From a virus (taxonomy: Duplodnaviria > Caudoviricetes), in the IMG/VR virus record IMGVR_UViG_3300029319_000067, positions 1 through 53,523 of that record: a stretch of DNA of 53,523 nucleotides. The stretch is one strand, 5' to 3'. Both the position numbers and the translations under genes were made by a program. This document shows, one piece after another, positions 39,890 through 48,823 of this stretch (positions are counted from its first letter, which is position 1; each line of letters opens with the position of its first letter). The notes below the pieces were generated by a model. The model was given only the letters and a program-made list of their open reading frames with translations. It was not told where the DNA came from and did no database searches.

Positions 39890-41749
39890 CTATGTAACCT
39901 CGCAACCTCCTGCTCCGCAGGCGACTTCACCTGAGAGGTCAGTATTGTCATCTGCCTCAAAGACGTTTGTCAGGTCTACGTTAGCCAAGGACTGAAGCAT
40001 GACTTCATATGTTTCCTTGGAACAATCCTCAAAGGGAGCCTGTTTGTAATTTCCGCCTGCATAGGGGAGCACCGAGAGACCGTTATAAACATCGCGGTTC
40101 TCCCACATCCACTCTCCAACGTCTGCCCATTCGTGTTCACGAATGCTTACCGTGGCTGAGACATTGTGGGTATTCTGTCCCTTGCGGTGACCTTTCCTAA
40201 CCCATTCTTGGGAGATCTTCGCAACTCGTTTAAGCATGGACATGGCTGATTCTGTTCGATAGATTGCTCCGTCTGGTGCTTTTTGTGGAACAGATATGAC
40301 AGCAGTATCATGGGGTCGAAAGTACTCATCTTCTATTAACTCCTCGTGTGCCAGAGATAAGTAGGTGTATATTGCCTCATTCTTCCCAACTCGGAGACGA
40401 CGAATATAATAATCATTGTGCCAAGCATGGATACCACTAGAAGTCCCAAGGGTTAGAGACGTTGTGCCTGCTGGCTTAACACAAGTGGTTCTTGCAGCTT
40501 GTCTCACACCGATTAGTTCGGCTACCCTTTTATTTTCCTTTTTAACCTCATCGGCTGCTTTTGACATGTCTAACTTCAACACTGCACCAGATGCAATACC
40601 AGTCATCGAGACGCCAATGAGAGCGTCTTTCTCAGTGTTTCGACGCCATACGTCACGTAGATAGTGAAAGTCCGTGTAACCGGCTTGCAGGGTGCCAATA
40701 AACGCACCTGCGCGAACTCGGGCTTCGTATTCCTCTTGACTGTCAAGGTCAGAAGCATTTACTTCTGTTAGGTTACAAAACTGGTACGGTCTTAGGGCAA
40801 TCTCGCAACAAGGGTTCGTACCCCAGTCCTTGTCGTTAGACAGGTAGATCCCAGGCTCTCCCGAACCAGACTTCTCAATCCTCTCCCACAGTTTTAAAAA
40901 GTATTCTTTATCAACCTTGTGTCGAAGGATAACTGCTGAGTTGTTAGCTCTACCGCGTTGCGGGTTGGCTTCCCACCAACTACCAGCCTTTGAGGCAATC
41001 ATCTCATCATCATCGGCTGAGAACAAAGAGATAAGTGCTGCTCTACGAATACCACCCGCTAAAACTGCGTCAGCGATGTGACAGATCATATCGTGTACTT
41101 CAATGGGCTGAAGTTTATCACCGTCTTGTTTCTCACGGAGAATACCCTCGACCTTCACCAGACACTCCCGAAGGGGCTGTGGTCCTGGGGCTTTGCCACC
41201 AGAAGTGACAAGTCGTGCGCCCTTTGGACGAATGTCAGAGAAGTCGAAGCGAAGTTTTGATGTGCCCTTGAAGTAAGAATACACCAGAGCCTTTACTGCG
41301 TCAGCCCAGCCTTCAATGTTGTCGCTCACCAAAAAACGACGAGTGCGATTTTGGTTTGGCTTGCGAATCTCTGGTAGTTTCTCAACATGATGAGCCTGGA
41401 CAGAGAAGCCCACACCCGTGCCGCCCAAAAGTAAGAACATGCACTCACCAAATGAGTCCGCATGGTCAATAGGCATGTAAGCACAGTTGTAAATGCGATT
41501 TGGGGCTACTTCGATAGACTTACCACCAAACTGCATAGAGCGCATGGATGGTAAAACTTTTTTTGTAAAAACAAAGTCTTTGTAAACTTTTTCGATTTCG
41601 TCCGCTAGTTGGGGATATTTTTTCATATGCATACGCATATTTCTATCGCACAGTTCTTCCCAGGTCTCTCTGCGCTGTTTCTCGGGCAAATATTTTGCAT
41701 ATTTCATGTGGACGGTGATGTCCGAGAGTATCTTTGATGCTAGTTCCAT
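39890..41749 (-). CDS. nrdJ: Class II (B12-dependent) ribonucleotide reductase, monomeric type
   Basis: YNCA, LLGGTGVG, TNPCCEI, CNLTE, TCVKPAGT, C-terminal CGAGGC; no beta subunit gene nearby. Confidence 0.9.
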   Translation of the reverse strand: MELASKILSDITVHMKYAKYLPEKQRRETWEELCDRNMRMHMKKYPQLADEIEKVYKDFVFTKKVLPSMRSMQFGGKSIEVAPNRIYNCAYMPIDHADSFGECMFLLLGGTGVGFSVQAHHVEKLPEIRKPNQNRTRRFLVSDNIEGWADAVKALVYSYFKGTSKLRFDFSDIRPKGARLVTSGGKAPGPQPLRECLVKVEGILREKQDGDKLQPIEVHDMICHIADAVLAGGIRRAALISLFSADDDEMIASKAGSWWEANPQRGRANNSAVILRHKVDKEYFLKLWERIEKSGSGEPGIYLSNDKDWGTNPCCEIALRPYQFCNLTEVNASDLDSQEEYEARVRAGAFIGTLQAGYTDFHYLRDVWRRNTEKDALIGVSMTGIASGAVLKLDMSKAADEVKKENKRVAELIGVRQAARTTCVKPAGTTSLTLGTSSGIHAWHNDYYIRRLRVGKNEAIYTYLSLAHEELIEDEYFRPHDTAVISVPQKAPDGAIYRTESAMSMLKRVAKISQEWVRKGHRKGQNTHNVSATVSIREHEWADVGEWMWENRDVYNGLSVLPYAGGNYKQAPFEDCSKETYEVMLQSLANVDLTNVFEADDNTDLSGEVACGAGGCEVT

Positions 41750-43125
41750 TAAGTCTTTCCTCCGTTTCTGAACTTTTTATATTTCTCTTGCAACGACTCT
41801 TGCTGTTTCTTTGCAGCGTTGTCATTAATTTCTTCTGCTGTTTCGCCTGTCGAGGGAAGAACATCAATCTTAATATTGCTCGTATCCATGAAAATAGGGT
41901 AAACGATACCATCAGGTCCGTTCCTGTTTTTTGCTACAAAGATACGTCCTGTGTTATTATTCTTGTCTGTAATGGTTCTGGATAGAGTGAAGATGAGGTC
42001 CGCTACAAAACATTTGTTGAATGCTTCGCTAATTGATTCCATCGTAACCACTTCTGCGTTTAACCCGCTGCGGTTAGTTTGGCTTGCTGTCCAGACGGGA
42101 CACTCAAACTCTTGTGCCATTCCCCGAAGGTCTTCATAAATAGTCTCTAATTCGATGCGTTTCTCCTTGTAAGAAGAAATAGGTTGCAAAAGATCGCCAT
42201 AATCGACGCAAATTAAGTCAGGTTCAAAACCAGAGCGTCTCAGCTTTTCTAGATGCTGTTTAAGCTTATTTACATTGGCTGACTTGGTGGGGTACTCTTT
42301 TACGATAAGCTTACCCTCAAGGTCTTTCACTTGGTCGTAAATTAAATCTTTAAATGAATGCAAGTCTTGCAACTTTACTGACGTGATGCAACTGTCGAAG
42401 CGGCTGGCTACAACAGTGTCCTGAAGCTCAAGTGTGTAGTAAACTACATTCTTTCCCTCTTTAATCGCCTGTGAACCGAGGTGGACTAAAGCCATGGACT
42501 TACCTGCGCCTGTTGGGGCAATAACAACACCCAACTCTCCGCGACCTAAACCACCCTTTGTAATATCATCGACAATCTTCCAACCAGTTGTCATGGGATT
42601 GCGCGATCGTTTCAAGAAGCGCTCTTCAAAATCAAGAAGATAATCATAACCGTGATTATTATCCAGTCCGAGCTTCATGGCTTTTTCGATCACTTCAGAG
42701 ATTTGATCGAACGAGGAAGTTTTAAGAAGCCCAACTGACTTCATGATTGCTTCTTTTAGTTTTTGTTTCTTGCAGAAGTCGAGCGCTGTGACTTTAACAT
42801 ACTCCTCGTCCTCGACCTGACTGGTGGTTACAATGCGTGCAAAGTAATCTTTTACTTGTTTTTGTAGAACCTCAGACTCTTCCTCCATCTCGGTCTTGAT
42901 GACAGAAGCCATAATATCGATCGACGGGTGCTTGTCAAACCTCTCTCGATAGTCAGCCAACCTTTCGTAAAAGATCCTCAAGTATTTTACTTCCAAGAAA
43001 TAAGGATCAAATACATCCGACATCTGGTCGAAGAAAGACCTGTCGTAAAACATACTCTGTACTAACTTCTCTTGGAAACTTTTACCGAACTTTGATAATG
43101 TCTCGTTCTCGTAATCTAGTTTCAT
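41749..43125 (-). CDS. dnaB: Replicative DNA helicase (DnaB/gp41 family)
   Basis: APTGAGKS, YTLE, VDYGD, TASQTNR, KNRNG. Confidence 0.9.
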   Translation of the reverse strand: MKLDYENETLSKFGKSFQEKLVQSMFYDRSFFDQMSDVFDPYFLEVKYLRIFYERLADYRERFDKHPSIDIMASVIKTEMEEESEVLQKQVKDYFARIVTTSQVEDEEYVKVTALDFCKKQKLKEAIMKSVGLLKTSSFDQISEVIEKAMKLGLDNNHGYDYLLDFEERFLKRSRNPMTTGWKIVDDITKGGLGRGELGVVIAPTGAGKSMALVHLGSQAIKEGKNVVYYTLELQDTVVASRFDSCITSVKLQDLHSFKDLIYDQVKDLEGKLIVKEYPTKSANVNKLKQHLEKLRRSGFEPDLICVDYGDLLQPISSYKEKRIELETIYEDLRGMAQEFECPVWTASQTNRSGLNAEVVTMESISEAFNKCFVADLIFTLSRTITDKNNNTGRIFVAKNRNGPDGIVYPIFMDTSNIKIDVLPSTGETAEEINDNAAKKQQESLQEKYKKFRNGGKT

Positions 43126-43158
43126 TTGTTCTCCTGTTTGCGGTAGTGTAGCACAGTG

Positions 43159-44133
43159 TTAGCCCTTTTGCAAGGAGATGTTTCTGAAAGTACCCCAGAG
43201 GGTCGAAAAGTTATAGTTGCCGAAGCCATCCTGAGTCATCATCTTGTCAATCTCCATTTGATTGAAGTCTTGACAACACTCACGGAGTGTCCAATCAATC
43301 TTTGCCTTTGTCCTGCTGGAAATGGCTGGGGAGTATAGCTGCATCAGTTTATAGTTTTCTGACACTAGGTCTTTATACTCTATAATACTAGAAAATATTT
43401 TTGCTTTGTTTTCGGCGTTTTCGCAAACTTGCACAAGTTCGTTCAGGAATACATCGCGATCCTCTTTCAATATAGGGAAACGCTTTGCTACGGTTTTGAG
43501 TCCTGCCCGTGGCACCCCATCCAAGTTGTCTGACTTATCACCCACAATGGCTCGGGCGAGTGCAAAGTTTCTTGGATGAATAGAAAAGTCATCCAAAATA
43601 ACTTGCTTCGTTACAGCTTTGTCTTGAATAGGTCGGTAAACGACAGTTTTGTCGTCACAGAGTTGGAAAAAGTCTTTGTCTGACGAGACGATGACTTTTT
43701 CTACATCAGGAAAGCGAGATACGATGTAACCTACAAGGTCATCTGCTTCCACGTTCTCTGAAACAAGTTGTGCCACGGGCATCTCATTCAAATATTCGAC
43801 AAGCCTACCCATTTGCCAGATACGATTGTTTAGTTGTTGGTTGTCTGTCATAAACGTGTTGGGGCGGTTAAACCGGATAGGCTTGCGTCCTTCTTTATAG
43901 TTTTTATTTTGAGTCCTCCGTTTAAGAGAACCTCCTTCACCGTCCCATACGACCACAACAAAATCTGGCTTGATGATCCGACACTGTTTCTGCAAAGATT
44001 TAAGAAATCCCTTACATCCACCAATGGGCTCACCATTAGATGATAATGATGGGTCTACGACATAGTTGCGTAGAAAAGAATTGTTACCGTCCACTATCAT
44101 CATTCGATTCATAGTTGTCTCCAATAAAATCAC
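43159..44133 (-). CDS. 5'-3' exonuclease / flap endonuclease (PolA N-terminal or T4 RNase H-like)
   Basis: IVDGNN, VVWDG, YKEGR, EADD, SSDKDF, GDKSDNLDGV. Confidence 0.9.
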   Translation of the reverse strand: MILLETTMNRMMIVDGNNSFLRNYVVDPSLSSNGEPIGGCKGFLKSLQKQCRIIKPDFVVVVWDGEGGSLKRRTQNKNYKEGRKPIRFNRPNTFMTDNQQLNNRIWQMGRLVEYLNEMPVAQLVSENVEADDLVGYIVSRFPDVEKVIVSSDKDFFQLCDDKTVVYRPIQDKAVTKQVILDDFSIHPRNFALARAIVGDKSDNLDGVPRAGLKTVAKRFPILKEDRDVFLNELVQVCENAENKAKIFSSIIEYKDLVSENYKLMQLYSPAISSRTKAKIDWTLRECCQDFNQMEIDKMMTQDGFGNYNFSTLWGTFRNISLQKG

Positions 44134-44326
44134 TTAGACTACCCAAAAACCATTTCTGAAAGTAGTCTTCATCCCAGGAATCAAGTTGGTTCATAAACAT
44201 GAACCATTTTTTAAACTGCTCTGATACCTTTACAGCCACATCAACTGAGCCGTCATTATTCTTACGCAAAGTCTTTACTGTTATGCCGAAACTCTCCTGC
44301 TGTTCCTCTGACGTTTCTAACTTCAT
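44084..44326 (-). CDS. Hypothetical protein
   Basis: ORF between deaminase and exonuclease; GGAG RBS. Confidence 0.5.
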   Translation of the reverse strand: MKLETSEEQQESFGITVKTLRKNNDGSVDVAVKVSEQFKKWFMFMNQLDSWDEDYFQKWFLGSLSDFIGDNYESNDDSGR

Positions 44327-44717
44327 AAGTGTCTTCTCCAGTGGTGTAAAAAACTTTGCGGACCCCCACAAAGTTCAAAACTTGATGACACATACAGCAA
44401 GGTTTTGACATACGAAACTTATCATAGTTGTTGATACGAACAACGAACAGAGAAGCTCCTCGGGTATTTTTCTCTGACACTCCGAGTACCGCTGAAATCT
44501 CAGCGTGTTGGGTTGCATGACCAATATTGTGGTCTCGGAAGCGTTGCCCAAAAGCAGAGTAGCATCCTTTATTAAACCCAACGGATACAACGGATCCGCC
44601 TTTGACTAAAACAGCACCGTGACGTAGTTTGCCATAGGTGCTTTCTTTTGCCATGCGTCGTGCCAACTCAAAGTAACGTTGCACACGCTTACTAGCCTTG
44701 CTTATCTTTTGTGCCAT
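44262..44717 (-). CDS. Cytidine/dCMP deaminase-like zinc enzyme
   Basis: HGAVLV, GFN, HAE, SKPCCMC. Confidence 0.85.
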   Translation of the reverse strand: MAQKISKASKRVQRYFELARRMAKESTYGKLRHGAVLVKGGSVVSVGFNKGCYSAFGQRFRDHNIGHATQHAEISAVLGVSEKNTRGASLFVVRINNYDKFRMSKPCCMCHQVLNFVGVRKVFYTTGEDTYEVRNVRGTAGEFRHNSKDFA

Positions 44718-44721
44718 TACA

Positions 44722-44775
44722 GACTCCACGGGAGAGTAGAATATTATTTATACACCACTCTCCCGCGAAAGTCAA
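44722..44775 (-). promoter_or_regulatory. Sigma70-like promoter inside an RBS-sequestering hairpin
   Basis: TTGACT-17-TATAAA; about 18-bp imperfect stem covering the GGAG RBS. Confidence 0.7.
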
Positions 44776-44778
44776 GTA

Positions 44779-45909
44779 TTATTCTTGGTCTACATCATAA
44801 AAGTGTGAGGCGTCTCCAGTTTGTTCATCAAACTTTTGAATGACCTCGCGATCCATAATCTTTAAGATTTGATTACGAAACTTTTCTTCTTGTAGAAAAT
44901 CTAGCCATTTGGAGCCCTGGAACTTTTGTTCACTGCCATCATCGTGGACGAGAGTGTACCAAGCTCCACCGGACCTAATCTGTTCTGAACCCTTAATAGC
45001 TTCTAACCAACTCTCCTCATCGAGAATGCGAGGGTTTTTATCTCCCCAGACAATCTGGAAAGTACAGTTTCTACCCTCTGTGCCAAAGCGAGACTTCTCT
45101 AGCTTTGCTTTTACTTCTGAGCCGATGCGGAAACCTGCGTCGTTTTCAATAAAAGATTTTTTAGCTTTCCTCTTTGTTAGCCAGATGCGAAGAGAATATG
45201 AGTACGCAAGTGCCTTACCACCAGGGGTAAAGTATGGCGTGGTCATAGCCTCTGCCACATTCATAGTAATGTTGGTCTTTAACTGGTTGAGAACCAACAA
45301 TACAGAGTTGCTATTCGCAATAGGAACAGTCAGCTTTGACAAGCCCTTTGATAGAATACGTGGCTTTACTGCCATCGATGACTGAGGGTTGAAGTCACCT
45401 TCAAGGTCAGAGATGGACGGTGTAAATGCCAACGAGTCCCAAACAAAAAGATATTTATCGTCTGTCTGGTTCAACAGTTGTTCGATGGTCTCCAGAACCA
45501 TCTCAACCGAGGCTGCTTGTGCATAGATTAAGTTGGACAGATCACAACCCGCATTCTCTAGAAAACTAGGGTCGATAGCTGACTCGGAGTCAAAATAAAC
45601 TACAGAGAAGCCCTGCTTCTGTGCGTTTGCTGCAACCTGTGCAGCCATGTAAGACTTACCGGATGACTCCATACCGGCAATCTCTGTGATGCGACCAACC
45701 GGAATACCGGCTAGTTTTCCCCGGCAGATAATGGAGTCAAGCCAGCGTGAGCCAGTTGGAATCCATTCTGTGACTTCTGTGGGGTTTTCCTTGGTCAGGT
45801 TATAAGCCACTTCCATACCAGCGCCCTTGTTAATAAGAGCTAACTTATCTTTTATGGAAAGCTTGCCTGCCTTGGATTTTTCTTTTGCCTTTGTTCTTGG
45901 CATTATCAC
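44779..45909 (-). CDS. recA: RecA/UvsX recombinase
   Basis: IPTGS..LD, GRITEIAGMESSGKS, DSE, WDS, NQ, TPGGKAL. Confidence 0.92.
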   Translation of the reverse strand: MIMPRTKAKEKSKAGKLSIKDKLALINKGAGMEVAYNLTKENPTEVTEWIPTGSRWLDSIICRGKLAGIPVGRITEIAGMESSGKSYMAAQVAANAQKQGFSVVYFDSESAIDPSFLENAGCDLSNLIYAQAASVEMVLETIEQLLNQTDDKYLFVWDSLAFTPSISDLEGDFNPQSSMAVKPRILSKGLSKLTVPIANSNSVLLVLNQLKTNITMNVAEAMTTPYFTPGGKALAYSYSLRIWLTKRKAKKSFIENDAGFRIGSEVKAKLEKSRFGTEGRNCTFQIVWGDKNPRILDEESWLEAIKGSEQIRSGGAWYTLVHDDGSEQKFQGSKWLDFLQEEKFRNQILKIMDREVIQKFDEQTGDASHFYDVDQE

Positions 45910-45915
45910 TCCTGT

Positions 45916-45944
45916 TAAAGAAGACGGGGGGCATGAGCCCCCCG
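45916..45944 (-). terminator. Rho-independent terminator after SSB gene
   Basis: CGGGGGGC/GCCCCCCG stem followed by TCTTCTTT. Confidence 0.65.
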
Positions 45945-45951
45945 CCTAGTG

Positions 45952-46707
45952 TTACACACCCATTGCTGCAAATGCCTCATCGACAGCGGAGCCCTTTGCG
46001 GCTTTTTCTCCACCACCGTAGCGGACGGTCTCCTGACCACCCTCTGGCATGAGGTAATCATCAAGAATCTTCTGAACCTGCTCTGGAGTCTTACGGTCGA
46101 AAATCTCGTAGAGGTCAATGCTATGATCCATCCACTCGGCTGCGGTAGAATCCTCTTCGCAGAGAGCAGAAGGCTTCGGGCGTGCCTGCAAACTATCAAA
46201 CACGACGCGATCACCCTTGCCAAAGTTTTTGCTGACATAGGTAACCTTCAGGTCAAACCCTTTCTTTGGATCGGTCACATCGCCATAGTCCTCATCAAGA
46301 ATGGTCTCGATGATGGCTTTGTAAGCGGTCTTTGGAAAGGACCACAGACGAACACCGTTCTCCTCCTGACCACGGATAACCGCTGGAGCATAGAAGCGCT
46401 GTGTAACAAACAACTTCTTTGCATGATTCTGGCTATCGGGGGTACCCTCACGGAACAGTGAAGTGGCGAACTCGCAGATGGGGCACTCATCACCGAAGTT
46501 GCGCTTCGGACAAAGAACACCACCCTTATCCACATTGTAGTGGAAGTGCAGTTCCTTCACGGGGTCACCGTCAGGATCAGGTAGAATACGAATCATATGT
46601 GTGCCAACCTCTGGTTTCCAGAACACATTGTTGTTCTTTCCACCAGACTTAGCCTTGCCCTCAAGGACGTCTAGTTTTGCTTTAAGCTTGCTAAAATCAA
46701 TTGCCAT
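45952..46707 (-). CDS. Single-stranded DNA-binding protein, T4 gp32-like
   Basis: FWKP..G...IRILP, HFH...CP....ECPICE, DVTDP..GFD, acidic tail. Confidence 0.85.
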   Translation of the reverse strand: MAIDFSKLKAKLDVLEGKAKSGGKNNNVFWKPEVGTHMIRILPDPDGDPVKELHFHYNVDKGGVLCPKRNFGDECPICEFATSLFREGTPDSQNHAKKLFVTQRFYAPAVIRGQEENGVRLWSFPKTAYKAIIETILDEDYGDVTDPKKGFDLKVTYVSKNFGKGDRVVFDSLQARPKPSALCEEDSTAAEWMDHSIDLYEIFDRKTPEQVQKILDDYLMPEGGQETVRYGGGEKAAKGSAVDEAFAAMGV

Positions 46708-46743
46708 TGTTATTTCTCCTTATTTGCTATCAGATTTGCATAT

Positions 46744-46772
46744 ATTTTACTATCATTTGTTCGCTTTGTCAA
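46744..46772 (-). promoter_or_regulatory. Sigma70-like promoter of SSB gene
   Basis: TTGACA-17-TAAAAT. Confidence 0.65.
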
Positions 46773-47607
46773 CAGTTTCTTCCAAGACTTTATTTTGCAC
46801 AGCCGTGGTTGAGTTTTTGACATATACCAAGTCTTCTTCAAATGGAACGGAGAAGACCTTAAAAGAAGAACGAACATCTTCTTTTTTGAAGTCGCTGAAC
46901 GACTTAACAACTTTGTCATAAAGTTCAGTATCAGTTTTTATTTTTTGTTCGCTAATACCGTAATACACCTCCTGCTCGCGTATGAATAACAGTTTACCAA
47001 GGTCTGTAACTGTTGTCAAGTTAAAATCGCAATAGGATAACGATGAAATCACTGCATTTGTCGAACTTTCTTCATCAATGCCGAAAATATTTTGTTGAGC
47101 CTTGAGCCAGTTGAATGTGTGATAATGATGTGCTGCATTGTGACAAATGGATTTTTTCATCTCTGTCAGCACCACACTCGGAGTCACTGCCTTAATAAGA
47201 TCGAGATCAAAAAGATACCAACGTTTAAACACTTTCGATCTAACCATCTCTTGTGTTACCCCATGAACTAAGTTATGCGCCATTATAGCACTTTGGTTCA
47301 AAAGGTTAAGGGTTGGTTGTAAATAAACAATATCAACATTTTTACTTTGAAGAGGCTCAAGAACTTTAAGAGCACAAAGCGATACGGTCTCACCACCTGA
47401 AATAACGACCGTTACGTCGTCAGAAACAGTGCATAAGTACTCCTTCATACCCTCAAGCGGCTCGTCGTAGCGCTCTGGGGATGAAAAAATTGGCACTTTA
47501 TACTCTGTACCGGCGTGACCGATTGTATATGTGTTGTATTCTGAATATTTGGCTAAGAACTCTGCGAAGAGCGCTCCTGTTTCGCCAATCGATACGATGC
47601 TTCTCAT
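46753..47607 (-). CDS. Hypothetical protein, possibly a divergent tubulin/FtsZ (PhuZ)-like GTPase
   Basis: N-terminal IVSIGETGALFAE and VVISGGETVS resemble T1/T4 loops, but the signature is degenerate. Confidence 0.35.
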   Translation of the reverse strand: MRSIVSIGETGALFAEFLAKYSEYNTYTIGHAGTEYKVPIFSSPERYDEPLEGMKEYLCTVSDDVTVVISGGETVSLCALKVLEPLQSKNVDIVYLQPTLNLLNQSAIMAHNLVHGVTQEMVRSKVFKRWYLFDLDLIKAVTPSVVLTEMKKSICHNAAHHYHTFNWLKAQQNIFGIDEESSTNAVISSLSYCDFNLTTVTDLGKLLFIREQEVYYGISEQKIKTDTELYDKVVKSFSDFKKEDVRSSFKVFSVPFEEDLVYVKNSTTAVQNKVLEETVDKANK

Positions 47608-48788
47608 AAAACTTCCCTCATGTCACCGTAGTTCTTGCCAATGTTCATGTGAAGGTTGAACTTGTATCCGTCAAAATCAGAAAGAACGGATATAATATCG
47701 TCTATTTTTTCTTTCTCCCTCGCATCAAAGTCGAGAACAACGCTGTCGTGGATAAAGAAAGATATCTCGGAACTCATGCCCCAATCCTTCATTTTATCAG
47801 ACAGCTTGGCGATGTTTGTTAAAAAAATGTCATTAAACGTGCTCTGGACGATGTAGTTTAGTGCTCGTGACTCATCAACCCTAATCTTCCTTCCTAGAGG
47901 GTTGGTGATAAACTCGCCATCGTAGAACTTGTTGATTATCTCCTGCCTATTAAATAGTTCTTCAAGCTGCTTGTTTTTCTTACGAGGGTCGTACAGCCAT
48001 GCAAAGAACTTCTTTTTAACTTCGTCTCGCGTGTATTTGCCGTCGAATACATTGTCGTTGACCCATGCATGGAGGTCACCATCTGGTATCGGCTGATCTG
48101 TTAAGTAAAACAGGGTAGCTACCTCGGCAGACACAACATCGAACTCAAGAAAAACGTTTCTGTAAGGCTCTATAACGCCACGCATTTTTTTAGGCATAAG
48201 AAGTATTGGAAAAGAGTTTTTCTTCGTTGCCATGCGACCTGTGCGCGTTCCAAAGGTACTATAGTTTATGTATGGATTAGCCTTGTATTTGGCATACTCT
48301 GACCTGCCCTTTTCGGTGGCGAGTTGCAACTTGATGTTAGACGGGTTGAGTTTTATTGGACGTGTTGATACTTCCTTCGCCAACTTCTCAACTTTGATTA
48401 AATGGTCGTAGTTTGAGGGCTTGGGATAGTTTTTAATAACATGTTCAGTTATTTTATTTTTTAGTTCTCCGTGCTGTCTGAGAAACCTGTGCGGGACAAG
48501 TTCGTAAAAACAAAAATCGTCCACTGACAAACCAACATGGTAAAAAGATTTGAGGAGTGCTTTTAATCTGTTGTTGGCTTGCTCCCACTTGTCTTTCAAA
48601 TCGTCAGGACAAACCTCTAGCGGTGACTTGCCGCCTGTGTAAAGCTCTGCAAACTCAACGTCACTTGGAAGATATGTGTGATAGTTCCACGTTGCCGAGC
48701 CATTTGCTGGAACATGGTCAAAGTGTAGTTCACCGTCATAGTAAGATGCTACACAAGTCTCTTTGTCGTCTAGTGTTTGAAAAATCAT
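47604..48788 (-). CDS. Family A DNA polymerase catalytic core, no recognisable exonuclease
   Basis: RTGRM, motif A EFDVVSAEV, motif B RDEVKKKFFAWLY, ALNYIVQS, motif C IHDSVV. Confidence 0.8.
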   Translation of the reverse strand: MIFQTLDDKETCVASYYDGELHFDHVPANGSATWNYHTYLPSDVEFAELYTGGKSPLEVCPDDLKDKWEQANNRLKALLKSFYHVGLSVDDFCFYELVPHRFLRQHGELKNKITEHVIKNYPKPSNYDHLIKVEKLAKEVSTRPIKLNPSNIKLQLATEKGRSEYAKYKANPYINYSTFGTRTGRMATKKNSFPILLMPKKMRGVIEPYRNVFLEFDVVSAEVATLFYLTDQPIPDGDLHAWVNDNVFDGKYTRDEVKKKFFAWLYDPRKKNKQLEELFNRQEIINKFYDGEFITNPLGRKIRVDESRALNYIVQSTFNDIFLTNIAKLSDKMKDWGMSSEISFFIHDSVVLDFDAREKEKIDDIISVLSDFDGYKFNLHMNIGKNYGDMREVL

Positions 48789-48794
48789 ATGGGC

Positions 48795-48823
48795 AGTATA
48801 CCACTAGATTATAAACTTGTCAA
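48795..48823 (-). promoter_or_regulatory. Sigma70-like promoter, probably giving a leaderless mRNA
   Basis: TTGACA-17-TATACT, 6 nt before ATG, no SD. Confidence 0.6.

Noticed and set aside
43130-43178. Third RBS-sequestering hairpin before the helicase (weak similar case before uvsE)
   Set aside because: Only about 6 contiguous base pairs; could be chance
30094-45909. Inteins or introns in dnaE, nrdJ, helicase or recA
   Set aside because: Lengths are normal, motifs are contiguous, and no splice-junction or LAGLIDADG motifs are seen
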